Shown: one piece after another, positions 47,705-59,499 of the stretch | How positions within the stretch are numbered: the stretch's first letter is position 1 | Layout: the number at the start of each line of letters is the position of its first letter | DNA from: Rhynchopus sp. YZ270_cl-10 | Lineage: Eukaryota | Length of the DNA stretch: 64,000 bases | Direction of reading: 5' to 3' | Assembly: GCA_964035575.1 (NCBI GenBank) | Contig: OZ037838.1 | Coordinates: 1,612,001 to 1,676,000 of the forward strand | Notes under the pieces: generated by a model | The model's database searches: none | Seen by the model: only the letters and a program-made list of their open reading frames with translations | What the model was told of the DNA's origin: nothing | Position numbers and translations under genes: made by a program

Positions 47705-48808
47705 ATGGATGTGACCCTTGTGCTGGAAGAGTCAGGCGTGACTGCGACAGTGGAGGTGCCGTGCGAGGCGAACGTTGCAGCGGCAAAGGAGGTTGCGTGC
47801 ACGGCGCTTGCTGTCTCGCCTGCGTCTGTCGAGATGCGCATCGGCACGCAGGTGCTGGAGGGGACGTGCCGTCTGCAGGACACTGCGTTTGGTGCAGGGA
47901 TGCAGGTTGTGCTTGCCCGCCGCTTTGCCGACATCAAGTGTCCTGCTGAGTACAACGCCTGTGTGGGAGGAGGATTGTCACTGTCGCGTTGTGGAACACT
48001 CTGCCTCTATAGTTATGGGCAGCATGTTGATGGCTTCGACACAGAAACCTTCAGCACTGCCTTCGCTTTTACTCTAGTTCGCAGTTTGAAGTGCGGTCCG
48101 CCTGCCATCTCACGGTGCAAGACACGCTGCTACCTGGCGTGTATGTGGCACCTTCTCGAGGTTGCGATTCCTGGTGGGGAGGTGGTCCGCAAAGTCGATG
48201 GAACTTCATACGCAGTGTTCGCGTGTGGCGGTGTTGTTGTCTCCCAAGGTGAAGACGGCGTCTCTGTGTATGACGAAGACTTGACGTTGCTCCGCTCTCT
48301 CTCGCATAAACGGTGCAGGGACGTGGCAGTATCGGACTGTGGTGGGTGGGTGATCACCTCCTCCTCCGAAGAGAACAGCGCACGTCTGTGGGATGTGAAC
48401 ACAGGTGAAGCTGTGGCGTGTGTGCCGACAGATGGGCTCATGGCACTTTCGCGGGCTGCCTCTGTCTTTGCCGTAGTGGACAATGTGGACGAGGCACGGA
48501 GAGTGCAGCTCTACGACTGGAGTGGTGCGGCTCTTCAGAACGCCACTATCTCTGGAGATGTCTTTGGCGTGCAATTCACCCCGTGCGGGAAGTACCTTGT
48601 GGTCCATGTACAAGAGCTTAGTTACAATAATCACCTACGGAAGATCATAGACCTGCAACAGTATGATGTTGCGACCATGTCCTGTGTACTTGTGATCCCT
48701 GATGCCGGTGTGTCGTTTGCGATATCACCGTGTTCACGTGTGGTTGTGTTTGCATCATCCGACAGCAACAACATTGTAACAAAACATCTGTACCCCCACA
48801 ACGAGTGA
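47705..48808 (+). CDS. UBL-beta-propeller family copy 11
   Basis: Intact ORF. Confidence 0.85.
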   Translation: MDVTLVLEESGVTATVEVPCEANVAAAKEVACTALAVSPASVEMRIGTQVLEGTCRLQDTAFGAGMQVVLARRFADIKCPAEYNACVGGGLSLSRCGTLCLYSYGQHVDGFDTETFSTAFAFTLVRSLKCGPPAISRCKTRCYLACMWHLLEVAIPGGEVVRKVDGTSYAVFACGGVVVSQGEDGVSVYDEDLTLLRSLSHKRCRDVAVSDCGGWVITSSSEENSARLWDVNTGEAVACVPTDGLMALSRAASVFAVVDNVDEARRVQLYDWSGAALQNATISGDVFGVQFTPCGKYLVVHVQELSYNNHLRKIIDLQQYDVATMSCVLVIPDAGVSFAISPCSRVVVFASSDSNNIVTKHLYPHNE

Positions 48809-49570
48809 TGTTTATGCTTTGGCACCATGTGAAATGGGTGTGGTGACTTGCACGAATTGAATTTTTTTTGTTAATTTTGGTGCTCCGGATTCTTTATATT
48901 CTGGAAGACTACTAAGTGCTTGACTTCTGAAGGAATGGAAACGTGCAAAGTGAACGTGGCAATTCGCGTCGCTGCGTACTTGTGCTGCGACCCCACTATT
49001 TGACGCCCCAAAGACATATCCCGAGGGGTACCCAGGTTTCGGGGTGTTTAGAGGGACTTGCGGAACTTAGAGCCATGTTTCAAAAAGGGTATCAGGACCT
49101 TACCAGCCCAAGGTGCCAAGTCCTTTGACACTTTTTCAGTGTGCCCGTTTTGGGGCCAAAAAAGGTAGGTTGGTGTCAAAACAGGGCGAGGGCTAAGGGG
49201 GTACTTTTTTGGGTGGTGTGTTTTTTGGGGGGAATATGTGGTCAAAAAAACGCTTTGAAATGCATTTTTGTGAATAAGAAAAAAAACGTGTTGGCAGCTT
49301 TTGATACCCCCTCCCCCCCACAACAAACGGACTAGCAAAAATAAAGACAAAAACAAACAAACTTAATCCACTCCACCCTCCCCCCCCTTACCCCCCTCCC
49401 CCCCACACACACACCCATGCACAAAACCAGAAGCGGTTCGAACCCATATCCGCTCTCGCCCCTTCCCCTCTCCCCCTCCTAATGGAAACATCACGGACAC
49501 ACAAAACAAAACAAAACAACCCACACCTCATCTCCTCCCAACAGAGGTGGAACAAGAAGAAGACAAAACA

Positions 49571-50695
49571 ATGGACAACACAGCTCTTGAAACAATGATG
49601 GATGTGACCTTTGTGCTGGAAGAGTCAGGCGTGACTGCGACAGTGGAGGTGCCGTGCGAGGCGGACGTTGCAGCGGCAAAGGAGGTTGCGTGCACGGCGC
49701 TTGCTGTCTCGCCTGCGTCTGTCGAGATGCGCATCGGCACGCAGGTGCTGGAGGGGACGTGCCGTCTGCAGGACACTGCGTTTGATGCAGGGGTGCAGGT
49801 TGTGCTTGCCCGCCGCTTTGCCGACATCAAGTGTCCTGCTGAGTACACTGTACCACCACGCACGGAACCCTTGTCGCTGTCTTCCTGTGGAGCACTCTGT
49901 GTTTATTCCCATAATGGCGAGTCCACGCGTGTTGGTGGATTCGACACAGAAACCTTCGAGACTGCTTTTGAGTTTGAAATCGATTTATCTGGTCGAGGTC
50001 CGCCTGTCATCTCACGGTGCAAGACACGCTGCTACATGGCGTGCAAGGAAGGTCTGCACGAGGTTGCGCTTCCGGGTGGGGAAGTGCTCCGCAAAGTCAA
50101 CGGCGACTCAATAGCAGTGTCCGCGTGTGGTGGTGTTGTTGTCTCCCAAGGTGAAGACGGCGTCTCTGTGTATGATGAAGACCTGACGTTTCTCCGCTCT
50201 CTCTCGCATGAAGGGTGTGTGCGCTTTGCACTGTCTGACTGTGGTGGGTGGGTGATCACCTCCTCCACAACAGAGCAGAACGCACGTCTGTGGGATGTGA
50301 ACACAGGTGAAGCTGTGGTGTGTGTGCCTGCAAAGGGGTGCAAGGTGGCGCTTTCACGGTCTGCTTCAGTCTTTGCTTTGGGATACGCTCACGTAGTGGA
50401 GATCTATGACTGGAGTGGTGCGGCTCTTGGCAGCTTTAAAAAAGCTAAGTCTTCTGTTCTCTTCTCCATGCAGTTCACACCGTGTGGGAAGTATCTCGTA
50501 GTTAAGTATGCCAAGGGATATTATCACGGATATTCCCTGCACCAGTATGACGTGGCGACCATGTCCTGTGTGCGTGTGTTCTCCAACCCCGGCTTCGCTC
50601 CCGCATCATTTGCGATATCGCCGTGTTCACGTGTGGTAGTGTTTACGAACGCGGGACGAGACACCATTGTGACGAGGTATCTGTACCCCTACTGA
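49571..50695 (+). CDS. UBL-beta-propeller family copy 12
   Basis: Intact ORF; a doubled leader gives ATGs at 49571 and 49595. Confidence 0.85.
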   Translation: MDNTALETMMDVTFVLEESGVTATVEVPCEADVAAAKEVACTALAVSPASVEMRIGTQVLEGTCRLQDTAFDAGVQVVLARRFADIKCPAEYTVPPRTEPLSLSSCGALCVYSHNGESTRVGGFDTETFETAFEFEIDLSGRGPPVISRCKTRCYMACKEGLHEVALPGGEVLRKVNGDSIAVSACGGVVVSQGEDGVSVYDEDLTFLRSLSHEGCVRFALSDCGGWVITSSTTEQNARLWDVNTGEAVVCVPAKGCKVALSRSASVFALGYAHVVEIYDWSGAALGSFKKAKSSVLFSMQFTPCGKYLVVKYAKGYYHGYSLHQYDVATMSCVRVFSNPGFAPASFAISPCSRVVVFTNAGRDTIVTRYLYPY

Positions 50696-51203
50696 GTGAT
50701 GTTTTGCGAGAGGTTGTGTTTGTGCAGCTTCTCGTAGGCAGTCCAGCTGCGATACTTCATTGTATGTCACTATTGTGTCAAGCATCTCTTGTTTTTTCTT
50801 CACTAAAAAGTTGCATCGTGATCAGTGCGACTCGAGTCGCCTCTGGTATGCTACATCGTGTGCCTGTACAGCATATCATTATGTTCTTATCCTCTTGCTC
50901 TTTCACTCATGTGTTATGCCACCAAATGCTTCAGGTGGAAGCGTACAACTAACAAACTCTCCCCCTTTTTTTTGCCTCTCGTTTTCCTGTGTCGGTTCTA
51001 GATGGCTATTGTGAGATCTGGGTGAGGAAGCGTTCCAACTTTTCAATATCTCCCCCATTTTTCTATTCACGATTTTTCGCCCACCCCCGTTTTGGAATCA
51101 ACATGTGGTGGAAGCTATAGACCAAGAAACCATTGCACAAACGTACAAACAACCCACACCTCATCTCCTCCCAACAGAGGTGGAATAAGAAGAAGACAAA
51201 ACA

Positions 51204-52334
51204 ATGGATGTGACCTTTGTGCTGGAAGAGTCAGGCGTGACTGCGACAGTGGAGGTGCCGTGCGAGGCGGACGCTGCAGCGGCAAAGGAGGTTGCGTGCA
51301 CGGCGCTTGCTGTCTCGCCTGCGTCTGTCGAGATGCGCATCGGCACGCAGGTGCTGGAAGGGACGTGCCGTCTGCAGGACACTGCGTTTGATGCAGGGGT
51401 GCAGGTTGTGCTTGCCCGCCCTTGCTTGGCCGACATCAAGTGTCCTGCTGAGTACAGTGTAGAGGCGCCACCTGGTGGACAGCGGATGGATATACATAAC
51501 TTTTCGCTGTCTCCTTGTGGAGCACTCTGCCTCTTCATAGAACGTACAGCCAATATGAACCTGCCAACTCTTTGCTATGTCACCGGCCTCGATACAGAAA
51601 CCCTCAGCTCTGCCTTCAGGTTCAAAGTAGACATTGAGGTATACTGTGCGCCTGCCATCTCACGGTGCAAGACACGCTGCTACCTGATGACGGATTGTCT
51701 TGCCAAGATTGCGCTTCCGGGTGGGGAGGTGCTCCGCAAAGTCGATAGCAGCTCGCACACAGTGTTCGCGCGTGGCAATGTTGTTATATCCCAAGGGAAA
51801 AGCGGCGTCTCTGTGTATGACGAAGACCTGACGTTGCTCCGCTCTCTCTCGCATGAAGGGTGTCTCAACGTGGCACTGTCTGACTGTGGTGGGTGGGTGA
51901 TCACCTCCTCCTACAGTGAGCACAACGTACGTCTGTGGGATGTGAACACAGGTGAAGCTGTGGCATGTGTGCCTGTTGGGAATCACGTGGCGCTTTCAGC
52001 AACTGCCTCTGTCTTTGCTGTGGAGTGCTCTGACAAAGTGCAGCTCTATGACTGGAGTGGTGCGGCTCTTCGCAGCTTTAAAAAGTGTCATGGTCATATG
52101 CTTGTTGGCCTGCAGTTCACTCCGTGTGGGAAGTATCTCGTAGTATGGGTGATGGATATGGATGCTGAAAAATATTTACTGCACCAGTATGATGTGGCGA
52201 CCATGTCCTGTGTGCGTGTGATACCGGACTGCGACAGCTGCCGTGAGTTTACGCTATCGCCGTGTTCACGTGTGGTACTCTTTACGAACAGGAGACGAGA
52301 CAGTATTGTGACGAGACATCTGCACCCCTACTGA
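51204..52334 (+). CDS. UBL-beta-propeller family copy 13
   Basis: Intact ORF. Confidence 0.85.
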   Translation: MDVTFVLEESGVTATVEVPCEADAAAAKEVACTALAVSPASVEMRIGTQVLEGTCRLQDTAFDAGVQVVLARPCLADIKCPAEYSVEAPPGGQRMDIHNFSLSPCGALCLFIERTANMNLPTLCYVTGLDTETLSSAFRFKVDIEVYCAPAISRCKTRCYLMTDCLAKIALPGGEVLRKVDSSSHTVFARGNVVISQGKSGVSVYDEDLTLLRSLSHEGCLNVALSDCGGWVITSSYSEHNVRLWDVNTGEAVACVPVGNHVALSATASVFAVECSDKVQLYDWSGAALRSFKKCHGHMLVGLQFTPCGKYLVVWVMDMDAEKYLLHQYDVATMSCVRVIPDCDSCREFTLSPCSRVVLFTNRRRDSIVTRHLHPY

Positions 52335-53027
52335 GTGACGTTTTGCGAGAGGTTGTGTTTGTGCAGCTTCTCGCAGGCAGTCCACCCCAGAAGCACCTCC
52401 TCGCTGTCGCTGAGCAGCAGCGTCTATCAGACTGAGTGATGACAGGGTCCCTATCTGCAATGCAACCCCTGTGAAAGAGAACACCGACGCAGGAGCTTTT
52501 TATTGGAAACTGTTTTCTTCTCCGCCAACACACAGAAGAAGATTTTCCACACAACGTTTTTTTCCAACTGTAAATCTACAACAACGGAAAACAGCATCAC
52601 ATATGATAGTGTTTTCCATGGATACACATGGAAAGGGGTTCCGTGCTATTCACAGAACTCGATAGGCGATTGAGCGTATCTAACAACAACCAAAACAAAG
52701 AAAGTACGAGACTAAAAACAAGAAATGCAGTAAAAACAGACAAAGAGAAATGAAACAGTTTGTGACAAAGGTACAATAAAATGCTTCTCCTTTTTTAAGT
52801 TTCTGGCAGCTTTCTGATTTTTTTTCCTCATAATCCTGGTCGCGATGTACGCAACTTTCCTGCAGTCAACGCAGGGAAAGAAGAATCAACGATGTGACAC
52901 AGCATACGGGCAGAACCGGCACCTTTGTGTGTCTCAACCAAACTAATTCTATTCCCACATCCTTCCACGTCTACCAACGTACCACATCACAGTGCGTTGA
53001 ACACAAAGGATCCTGATACAGAAAACA

Positions 53028-53977
53028 ATGGATGTGACCCTTGTGCTGGAAGAGTCAGGCGTGACTGCGACAGTGGAGGTGCCGTGCGACGCAAACGTTG
53101 CAGCGGCAAAGGAGGTTGCGTGCACGGCGCTTGCTGTCTCGCCTGCGTCTGTCGAGATGCGCATCGGCACGCAGGTGCTGGAGGGGACGTGCCGTCTGCA
53201 GGACACTGCGTTTGATGCAGGGGTGCAGGTTGTGCTTGCCCGCCGCTTTGCTGACATCAAGTGTCCTGCTGAGTACGAGTACAGTCTGCAGAGGGCAAGC
53301 GACAACTTGTCACTGTCACGTTGTGGAACGCTCTGCGTCCATACGGGGTGTAGGCATGTTGAAGGCTTCGACACAGAATCCTTCGACGCTGTATTCACGT
53401 TTGGATTGGGCAATGGAGTGTTCGGTCCGCCTGCCATCTCGCAGTGCAAGACACGCTGCTACCTGGCGTGTTGGGAAGAAGGTCTGCACGAGGTTGCGCT
53501 TCCGGGTGGCGAAGTACTCCGCAAAATCGACGGCTGCTCAATAGCAGTGTTCGCGTGTGGCAATGTTGTTGTGTCGAAGGGCAAAGACGTCGTCTCTGTG
53601 TATGACGAAGACCTGACGTTGCTCCGCACTCTCTCGCACGAAGGGTGTATGGGTGTGGCAGTGTCTGACTGTGGTGGGTGGGTGATCACCTCTTCCGACA
53701 AGGAGAAGAACGCACTTCTGTGGGATGTGAACACAGGTGAAGCTGTTGCATGTGTGCCGGCGGGCTGGCGCAAAGGAGCGGCGCTTTCACGATGTGCCTC
53801 TGTCTTTTCTGTGGGGGTGGACAACACCGTGAGGATCTATGACTGGAGTGGTGCGGCCCTTCGCATCGCTCAGTTGCGTCCTTTGCGATATCACCGTGTT
53901 CACGTGTTGTTGTGGCATTGGAAGAGGATAGCGACGAGATTGTGACAAGGCATCTGTACCCGCACAACAGTAAGTGA
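53028..53977 (+). pseudogene. Family copy 14, internal deletion of blade 6 with frameshift
   Basis: Jumps from DWSGAALR to SFAISPCSRV out of frame near 53870. Confidence 0.85.
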
Positions 53978-54172
53978 TGTGTGACCAGGGGAGGGGAGAG
54001 AGGGTGGTGATGAATACAACCCAGGGTATCAACAAAACAACCCAAGACCCTCAAAACACCCCCAATAAACTCAGCCCTGTTGCAACACGTATTCCCCCTT
54101 TTTATTTGTCATCCCTCCTTGCGAAGTGACACCACCAACCATCACATCAAGCACAACAGAGCCCTTAACAAT

Positions 54173-55264
54173 ATGATGGATGTGACCTTTGTGCTGGAAG
54201 AGTCAGGCATGACTGTGACAGTGGAGGTGCCGTGCGAGGCGAACGTTGCAGCGGCAAAGGAGATTGCGTGCACGGCGCTTGCTGTTTCGCCTGCGTCTGT
54301 CGAGATGCGCATCGGCACGCAGGTGCTGGAGGGGACGTGCCGTCTGCAGGACACTGCGTTTGGTGCAGGGGTGCAGGTTGTGCTTGCCCGCCGCTTTGCC
54401 GACATCAAGTGTCCTGCTGAGTACAGTACACGGATGGGGGTGCAATACTTGTCGCTGTCTCGTTGTGGAACGCTCTGCATTTACCGTGACCTGCTTGACC
54501 GCGTTTGTGGCTTCGACACAGAAACCTTCAGCACTGCCTTCGAGTTCACACTGGGTTCGTATGGTCCTCCTGCCATCTCACGGTGCAAGACACGCTGCTA
54601 CCTGGCGTGTGAGGATTGGCTTCTCGAGGTTGCGCTTCCGGGTGGGGAGGTGCTCCGCAAAGTCGACGGCTCCTGTACGTCGGTGTATGCGTGTGGCGGT
54701 GTTGTTGTCTCCCAAGGTGAAGACGGCGTCTCTGTGTATGACGAAGACCTGACGTTGCTCCGCTTTCTCTCACACAAATATCAGCGGCCCCGTTTCATTG
54801 CAGTGTCTGACTGTGGTGGGTGGGTGATCACCTCCTCTGATGTGGACAGAATTGCATCTCTGTGGGATGTGAACACAGGTGAAGCTGTTGCACGGGTACG
54901 TGCGGATCGGAGGCGTGTGGCTCTTTCACGGTCTGCCTCTGTCTTTGCTGTGGATTGCTCTAAAAAAGTGCAGCTCTATGACTGGAGTGGTGCGGCTCTT
55001 GGCAGCTTTGACAAGGAGCAGTGCCAGGTCTACTGCATACACTTCACTCCGTGTGGGAAGTACCTCGTTGCTGGGTTTGAGAGAGGTGAATCATTTTGTG
55101 AACAGAAAACTCTTCACCAGTATGATGTGGCGACCATGTCCTGTGTGCGTGTGATACAGGACAGTTTCAGTGAGTCGTTTGCGATATCGCCGTGTTCACG
55201 TGTGGTTATGTTTGGTTCATCAAAAAGTGACGAACTTGTCACAAGACATCTGTACCCCTACTGA
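54173..55264 (+). CDS. UBL-beta-propeller family copy 15
   Basis: Intact ORF. Confidence 0.85.
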   Translation: MMDVTFVLEESGMTVTVEVPCEANVAAAKEIACTALAVSPASVEMRIGTQVLEGTCRLQDTAFGAGVQVVLARRFADIKCPAEYSTRMGVQYLSLSRCGTLCIYRDLLDRVCGFDTETFSTAFEFTLGSYGPPAISRCKTRCYLACEDWLLEVALPGGEVLRKVDGSCTSVYACGGVVVSQGEDGVSVYDEDLTLLRFLSHKYQRPRFIAVSDCGGWVITSSDVDRIASLWDVNTGEAVARVRADRRRVALSRSASVFAVDCSKKVQLYDWSGAALGSFDKEQCQVYCIHFTPCGKYLVAGFERGESFCEQKTLHQYDVATMSCVRVIQDSFSESFAISPCSRVVMFGSSKSDELVTRHLYPY

Positions 55265-55994
55265 GCGATGCAGTGCACCCTGTGTGGGAAGTACCTCCTC
55301 GCTGTCGCTGAGTACTGCGGTGTGTTGCTATCGTGCGTTGCATCAGTATTTGCGTTGCACCCTCGACCTACTAGCCTGTGAGGGAATTTATTCACTTTGA
55401 GACATTTTGAGGATAACGACCACACCACCCTTTACTTCTCTTTTTCACTTTTGCTTTGTTAAAACCCTCTTCTGTTGGTGGAAACGACTACCCCCTTTTC
55501 TGTGACTACACCCTTTAGTTAACGATTTGTGCTATCGACTCTACGGACGACTGTTTGCGATATCGCGCTCACTCAGTGTTCACGTGTGTTGCGTTTGTAT
55601 CGTCAGTACCGGGCAGCATCACGACGAGATGATATGCACTTCACGATAGCGGCTTTGCTTTGGAAAGACCCCCACTTTGCTAAAATTTTCATATTCGCTA
55701 TTATTTTTGTCAAAAAAAAAAAGTGTCACTTGTTGTTCCTCCTCACCCACACCCTCTTTTCGTAGTTGTTTGACGCTTCCACACACACTATCTCTCACTT
55801 GTTGGGTGGTGTCGCGGGGCACGGTTGGGCGAGTAAACGACGTGACACTCTCCGTTGCCACAAAAGTAGTGCACAAAAAGCAACCCTTGCGAGATGTGTA
55901 CTTTTTGTCTGTCCTCCATTGCGACCATCTGTTCCACCATCTCCATCACCCCAGACCACACACGCTCCCTCCCTCCCCCACACACACATTAACA

Positions 55995-56924
55995 ATGGCA
56001 ACCGCAGACCTCAACCAACGCGGCCTGCAGGAGGTATCCGATGCGATCGACAACGTTGTTGACTACACTTCGGCTTCATTAGATTCGAACTCCGAAAACG
56101 TGTCACGTGTTGTGTCCTACGCTGAAGCTGCCTTTGCGGCCGTGTCGCGTGTGTACACGGAGCATCGCGAGACAGTGCGGTTCTTTGCACATCTGTCTGT
56201 TGTGTTTTATGGCCCGCTGTTTGAGAAGTGCATTCTTGCGGGCAAGACGTACACCAACGTGACGCATCCGTTGATCAAAGAGAACCTTGCTGGGATAAGC
56301 GAGGAGTATTGGAAGGTGCGTGCGGAGAAGCGGCGGAATGGTGGAGACATCACACCGTTTGTGCTGCTGGAGGCGGTCGATCCGCGCAAAATCGAGCAAT
56401 GTGCGAAGGGCGTGCTTGCGGGCGTGGCGGCGTGCCTGATCGGCCTCCAGGCGCCGCATCTGCAGATCTTTGCGTCGGGCTTCAGCATCGGTGAGTACGT
56501 CAGCAGTGCACTGCAGAAGACTGCGGCACCGTGCATTCAGAGGCGTGCCGAGGAGGCGGAGGAGGCAGGGACCATACCAGTAGGCAGCACAAAGTGGTTC
56601 GAAATGGCGATGAAAGTGTTCTGCATGATTGCCGGTGTGTACGCAGCGTCGATCGTGCGCCGCCCGCTTGCAGCAGCAGCAGCCATCGCAGAGTCCAGCG
56701 GCGTGGTGACCAGCGTAGTAGCGACGAAGCTCGGCATGGACCAGGCGACGAGGCCGCTTTTTGTGTTTCAGCACAGCCTCACGCTGCTTGGGATCTACCA
56801 CGTCCTTGTGCTCGGTGGGCATGAACGGCTTCCAACCGCAGTCAAGTGGATTCTAGCAGTACCACTCTCCTGCGAGTCCTTCCTGGGCTTGGCGTCGTCT
56901 GTAGCATCCTTTGGTGCACAGTGA
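55995..56924 (+). CDS. Hypothetical protein (~309 aa), Ala-rich with hydrophobic segments, possibly membrane-associated
   Basis: Long GC3-rich ORF after an AACAATG start context like that of the family genes. Confidence 0.7.
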   Translation: MATADLNQRGLQEVSDAIDNVVDYTSASLDSNSENVSRVVSYAEAAFAAVSRVYTEHRETVRFFAHLSVVFYGPLFEKCILAGKTYTNVTHPLIKENLAGISEEYWKVRAEKRRNGGDITPFVLLEAVDPRKIEQCAKGVLAGVAACLIGLQAPHLQIFASGFSIGEYVSSALQKTAAPCIQRRAEEAEEAGTIPVGSTKWFEMAMKVFCMIAGVYAASIVRRPLAAAAAIAESSGVVTSVVATKLGMDQATRPLFVFQHSLTLLGIYHVLVLGGHERLPTAVKWILAVPLSCESFLGLASSVASFGAQ

Positions 56925-57297
56925 GAAGGGGGGAGGGGGGAGGAGGCCCGGGAGGGGAGGGAGCATTGTGGGGCGGAGGTGGGGAGAACAGAGGGAGGGG
57001 TGCATACACAACAATTTTGACAGCAAAACTCCATTAAAGCCTATTTCTCTTGATCCCCTCTAATTTACAACATTTCCCCCCCGACGTACAGCTGCTTCAG
57101 CAGCTTTTCTCCGGCTAGGCGAAGCTGCACCATGACGCATCAACAGCCATCCCTACGCAACCCCGTTGTGCGATGCATCACCCCGCTGTAGTAATCGTTC
57201 CAGACGTTTTTGCATACTTTCTGCACCACATTCACCCCCAAAAGCCCTTCCCTAATCCTCTCTCCACACAGACCACACCACCTCTGCCTTATGCACG

Positions 57298-59499
57298 ATG
57301 AGGCGCTCTCGGCATGGCAGCACGGCGACGTCCTTTGTGACACAACAGCATACTCACGGGACGGAGCCAGGGGAGATGGGGACTGTAGCGACGTTGCCGT
57401 GTTTGTTGGACCGGCACAGCGTGGCGTCGCATGACTGTCGTGTGAGTGGGGACCATGGGCTGCTGTGTGCGCATCTGCAGCGTGAGGAGATCACCTTGTC
57501 GAGGGCAACGCAGAGGGCGAATAAGACTGCGGCGGCGCTCACTGAGCGTAGTGTCACGAATGCCGTCAATACCAACACAAACAACGCACGGCAACGCCTT
57601 CGTGAACAGGTCCTCCGTCGCCATGAGCGCAGGATGAACGTAGCAGATGCATCTGCAGCGCTGACCCGTCCTCCCCTCCACCCCCGCCCGCCCCGTGGAC
57701 GTCGAGAGGACCCCGTGGCTAGAACAGAGGTCTCAAGCGAGTCTGCGTCGGACGGAGGTAGTGTGGCGCAGCGTGCGGAGGAGGTGGTGACGCTGTCGCA
57801 GAATGTGCAAGGGGATGCGCTGAGCCAGCAGATCGGGCTGCTCAGGGATGTGTGTGGGGGGATCAAGAAGGCGGACCACCTTGGTGCAGATGTGACGGTG
57901 TTTGAAAGCCTCGCGACGCAGCTGGAGGTGCAAAAATGCGAGCAAAAAGGTGCCACAGAAACGCAGAAGGTGCGTGCAAACCCAAGACGACACCGTGTTG
58001 AAGTTTCGAAGAGAATGATGCACAACTTTGTAAAAAAGCGGATCCAGCATGTCCGTGGGCTGGATCGCGACCAATTGGAGGCACATCAACAGAACCTTGA
58101 AGTCACATCACCTCGACGTGACTTTGTCACACAGAATATGGCAGGATGCACCCTTCCGAGACAGTGCGAGACACATGAGGAACATGCCATGCGGGCTTGC
58201 AATGTACGCGAGACACATCGACGCTTTTTGCACACTCGGCAACAGGACGTACGCACCCGCCTTGTCGCCTGCCTCTGCAAACGTGAAGGCAACGACGCGC
58301 CGCTTCTCTTCCGCGACGACGGAGACGGTGCACGCATACAGCACCCTACCTCCTTCGAAGAAAACAGCATCATGTTTGCCCCTGAGAGCAAACGCATCGC
58401 TGCCACCATCCGCAGAGACGCCCGCGCACGATGCCTCGCAAAGTTGATAAAGGTTGTGTCCGTGACAGAGCGTGTCCGGCGCATCTTTGTAAAGAGTTTA
58501 GCAGAGTTCGCAGCGACCGCAGATCGAGACAACACGACAGCAGCGGCAGCAGGGGTGGAGGAGGAGTCACCTGGGTTCGTTCATTTGGTGCGCGCTACAG
58601 TGAATTTTCATAAAACGCTTTCGGATCGGGCGAGAGAACGCATGCAGCTTGCTGTGCGGGCGAGGCATCAGAGGTACTTACATACGCAGGCAGATCGGGT
58701 GAAGCATTTCTTGTCGCAGTGTCGTCTGCGCGATTTTGTGCGGTATATGATAAGAACGTATCGCAAGCGTGCGATGCGCTGCCAGCACGAAATGAAAGGC
58801 TTCATCCTTGCGTACAAACGCCGCACCACCCTCTGGATGGCGCAGCTCTGCCAGCTCGAACGCTGGGTCCTCTTTGTCGAACGAACCTACTTCCGCGTAC
58901 GAAATGCGTCCGACTTTAAACGCTCCCTACAACTCGTCAGCACCGTCAAACGCAAAAAGAAACGTGTCCCTGCAGCACGCTGGATCCTCCCAGACGTGAA
59001 GGAGGCATTCGAAGGCCGGCAGATCGAACTCCGCATTCCTCTAGAAAACAAATGGCGTGCGGTACGTGCAGTGCATGCAAAGCAAAGGGACCTGCTGTAC
59101 GCACGCCTCCATGTATGGCTTGAGACGTCGCAAAGAGAGCGTGGAGAGCGTCCGTTGCTGCCGTTGTTGATCGATCGTGGTGCGATGTTTGACATACTGC
59201 TGCAGCTGCGGCAGGAGCTCGAGGTGTCGACCAAGCTGAAAGTGCAGACTGCGTTCAAACTTCGCTTGCAGATCGCTCTGTCAGCGTCAGTCGCCGCGCT
59301 GGTCATCATCCACTCCAGCACCGTCAACGTTCCCGGACGACGCTTCAAGCTGATCCGCAAATCTCTCTCCTGTGCCTTCGCCATGCGACCGATGCATCCC
59401 CTCGCACCTCCCCAGCCAACAAAATCGCTCTTCCCCGTCATCCAGTCCGTGCAAGAAAGGGAAAAGGAAAGGTTGAAAATGCTGGCACCGGAAAATTGA
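57298..59499 (+). CDS. Hypothetical basic, helical protein (733 aa); start uncertain
   Basis: 2.2-kb non-repetitive ORF; no motif recognised. Confidence 0.7.
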   Translation: MRRSRHGSTATSFVTQQHTHGTEPGEMGTVATLPCLLDRHSVASHDCRVSGDHGLLCAHLQREEITLSRATQRANKTAAALTERSVTNAVNTNTNNARQRLREQVLRRHERRMNVADASAALTRPPLHPRPPRGRREDPVARTEVSSESASDGGSVAQRAEEVVTLSQNVQGDALSQQIGLLRDVCGGIKKADHLGADVTVFESLATQLEVQKCEQKGATETQKVRANPRRHRVEVSKRMMHNFVKKRIQHVRGLDRDQLEAHQQNLEVTSPRRDFVTQNMAGCTLPRQCETHEEHAMRACNVRETHRRFLHTRQQDVRTRLVACLCKREGNDAPLLFRDDGDGARIQHPTSFEENSIMFAPESKRIAATIRRDARARCLAKLIKVVSVTERVRRIFVKSLAEFAATADRDNTTAAAAGVEEESPGFVHLVRATVNFHKTLSDRARERMQLAVRARHQRYLHTQADRVKHFLSQCRLRDFVRYMIRTYRKRAMRCQHEMKGFILAYKRRTTLWMAQLCQLERWVLFVERTYFRVRNASDFKRSLQLVSTVKRKKKRVPAARWILPDVKEAFEGRQIELRIPLENKWRAVRAVHAKQRDLLYARLHVWLETSQRERGERPLLPLLIDRGAMFDILLQLRQELEVSTKLKVQTAFKLRLQIALSASVAALVIIHSSTVNVPGRRFKLIRKSLSCAFAMRPMHPLAPPQPTKSLFPVIQSVQEREKERLKMLAPEN

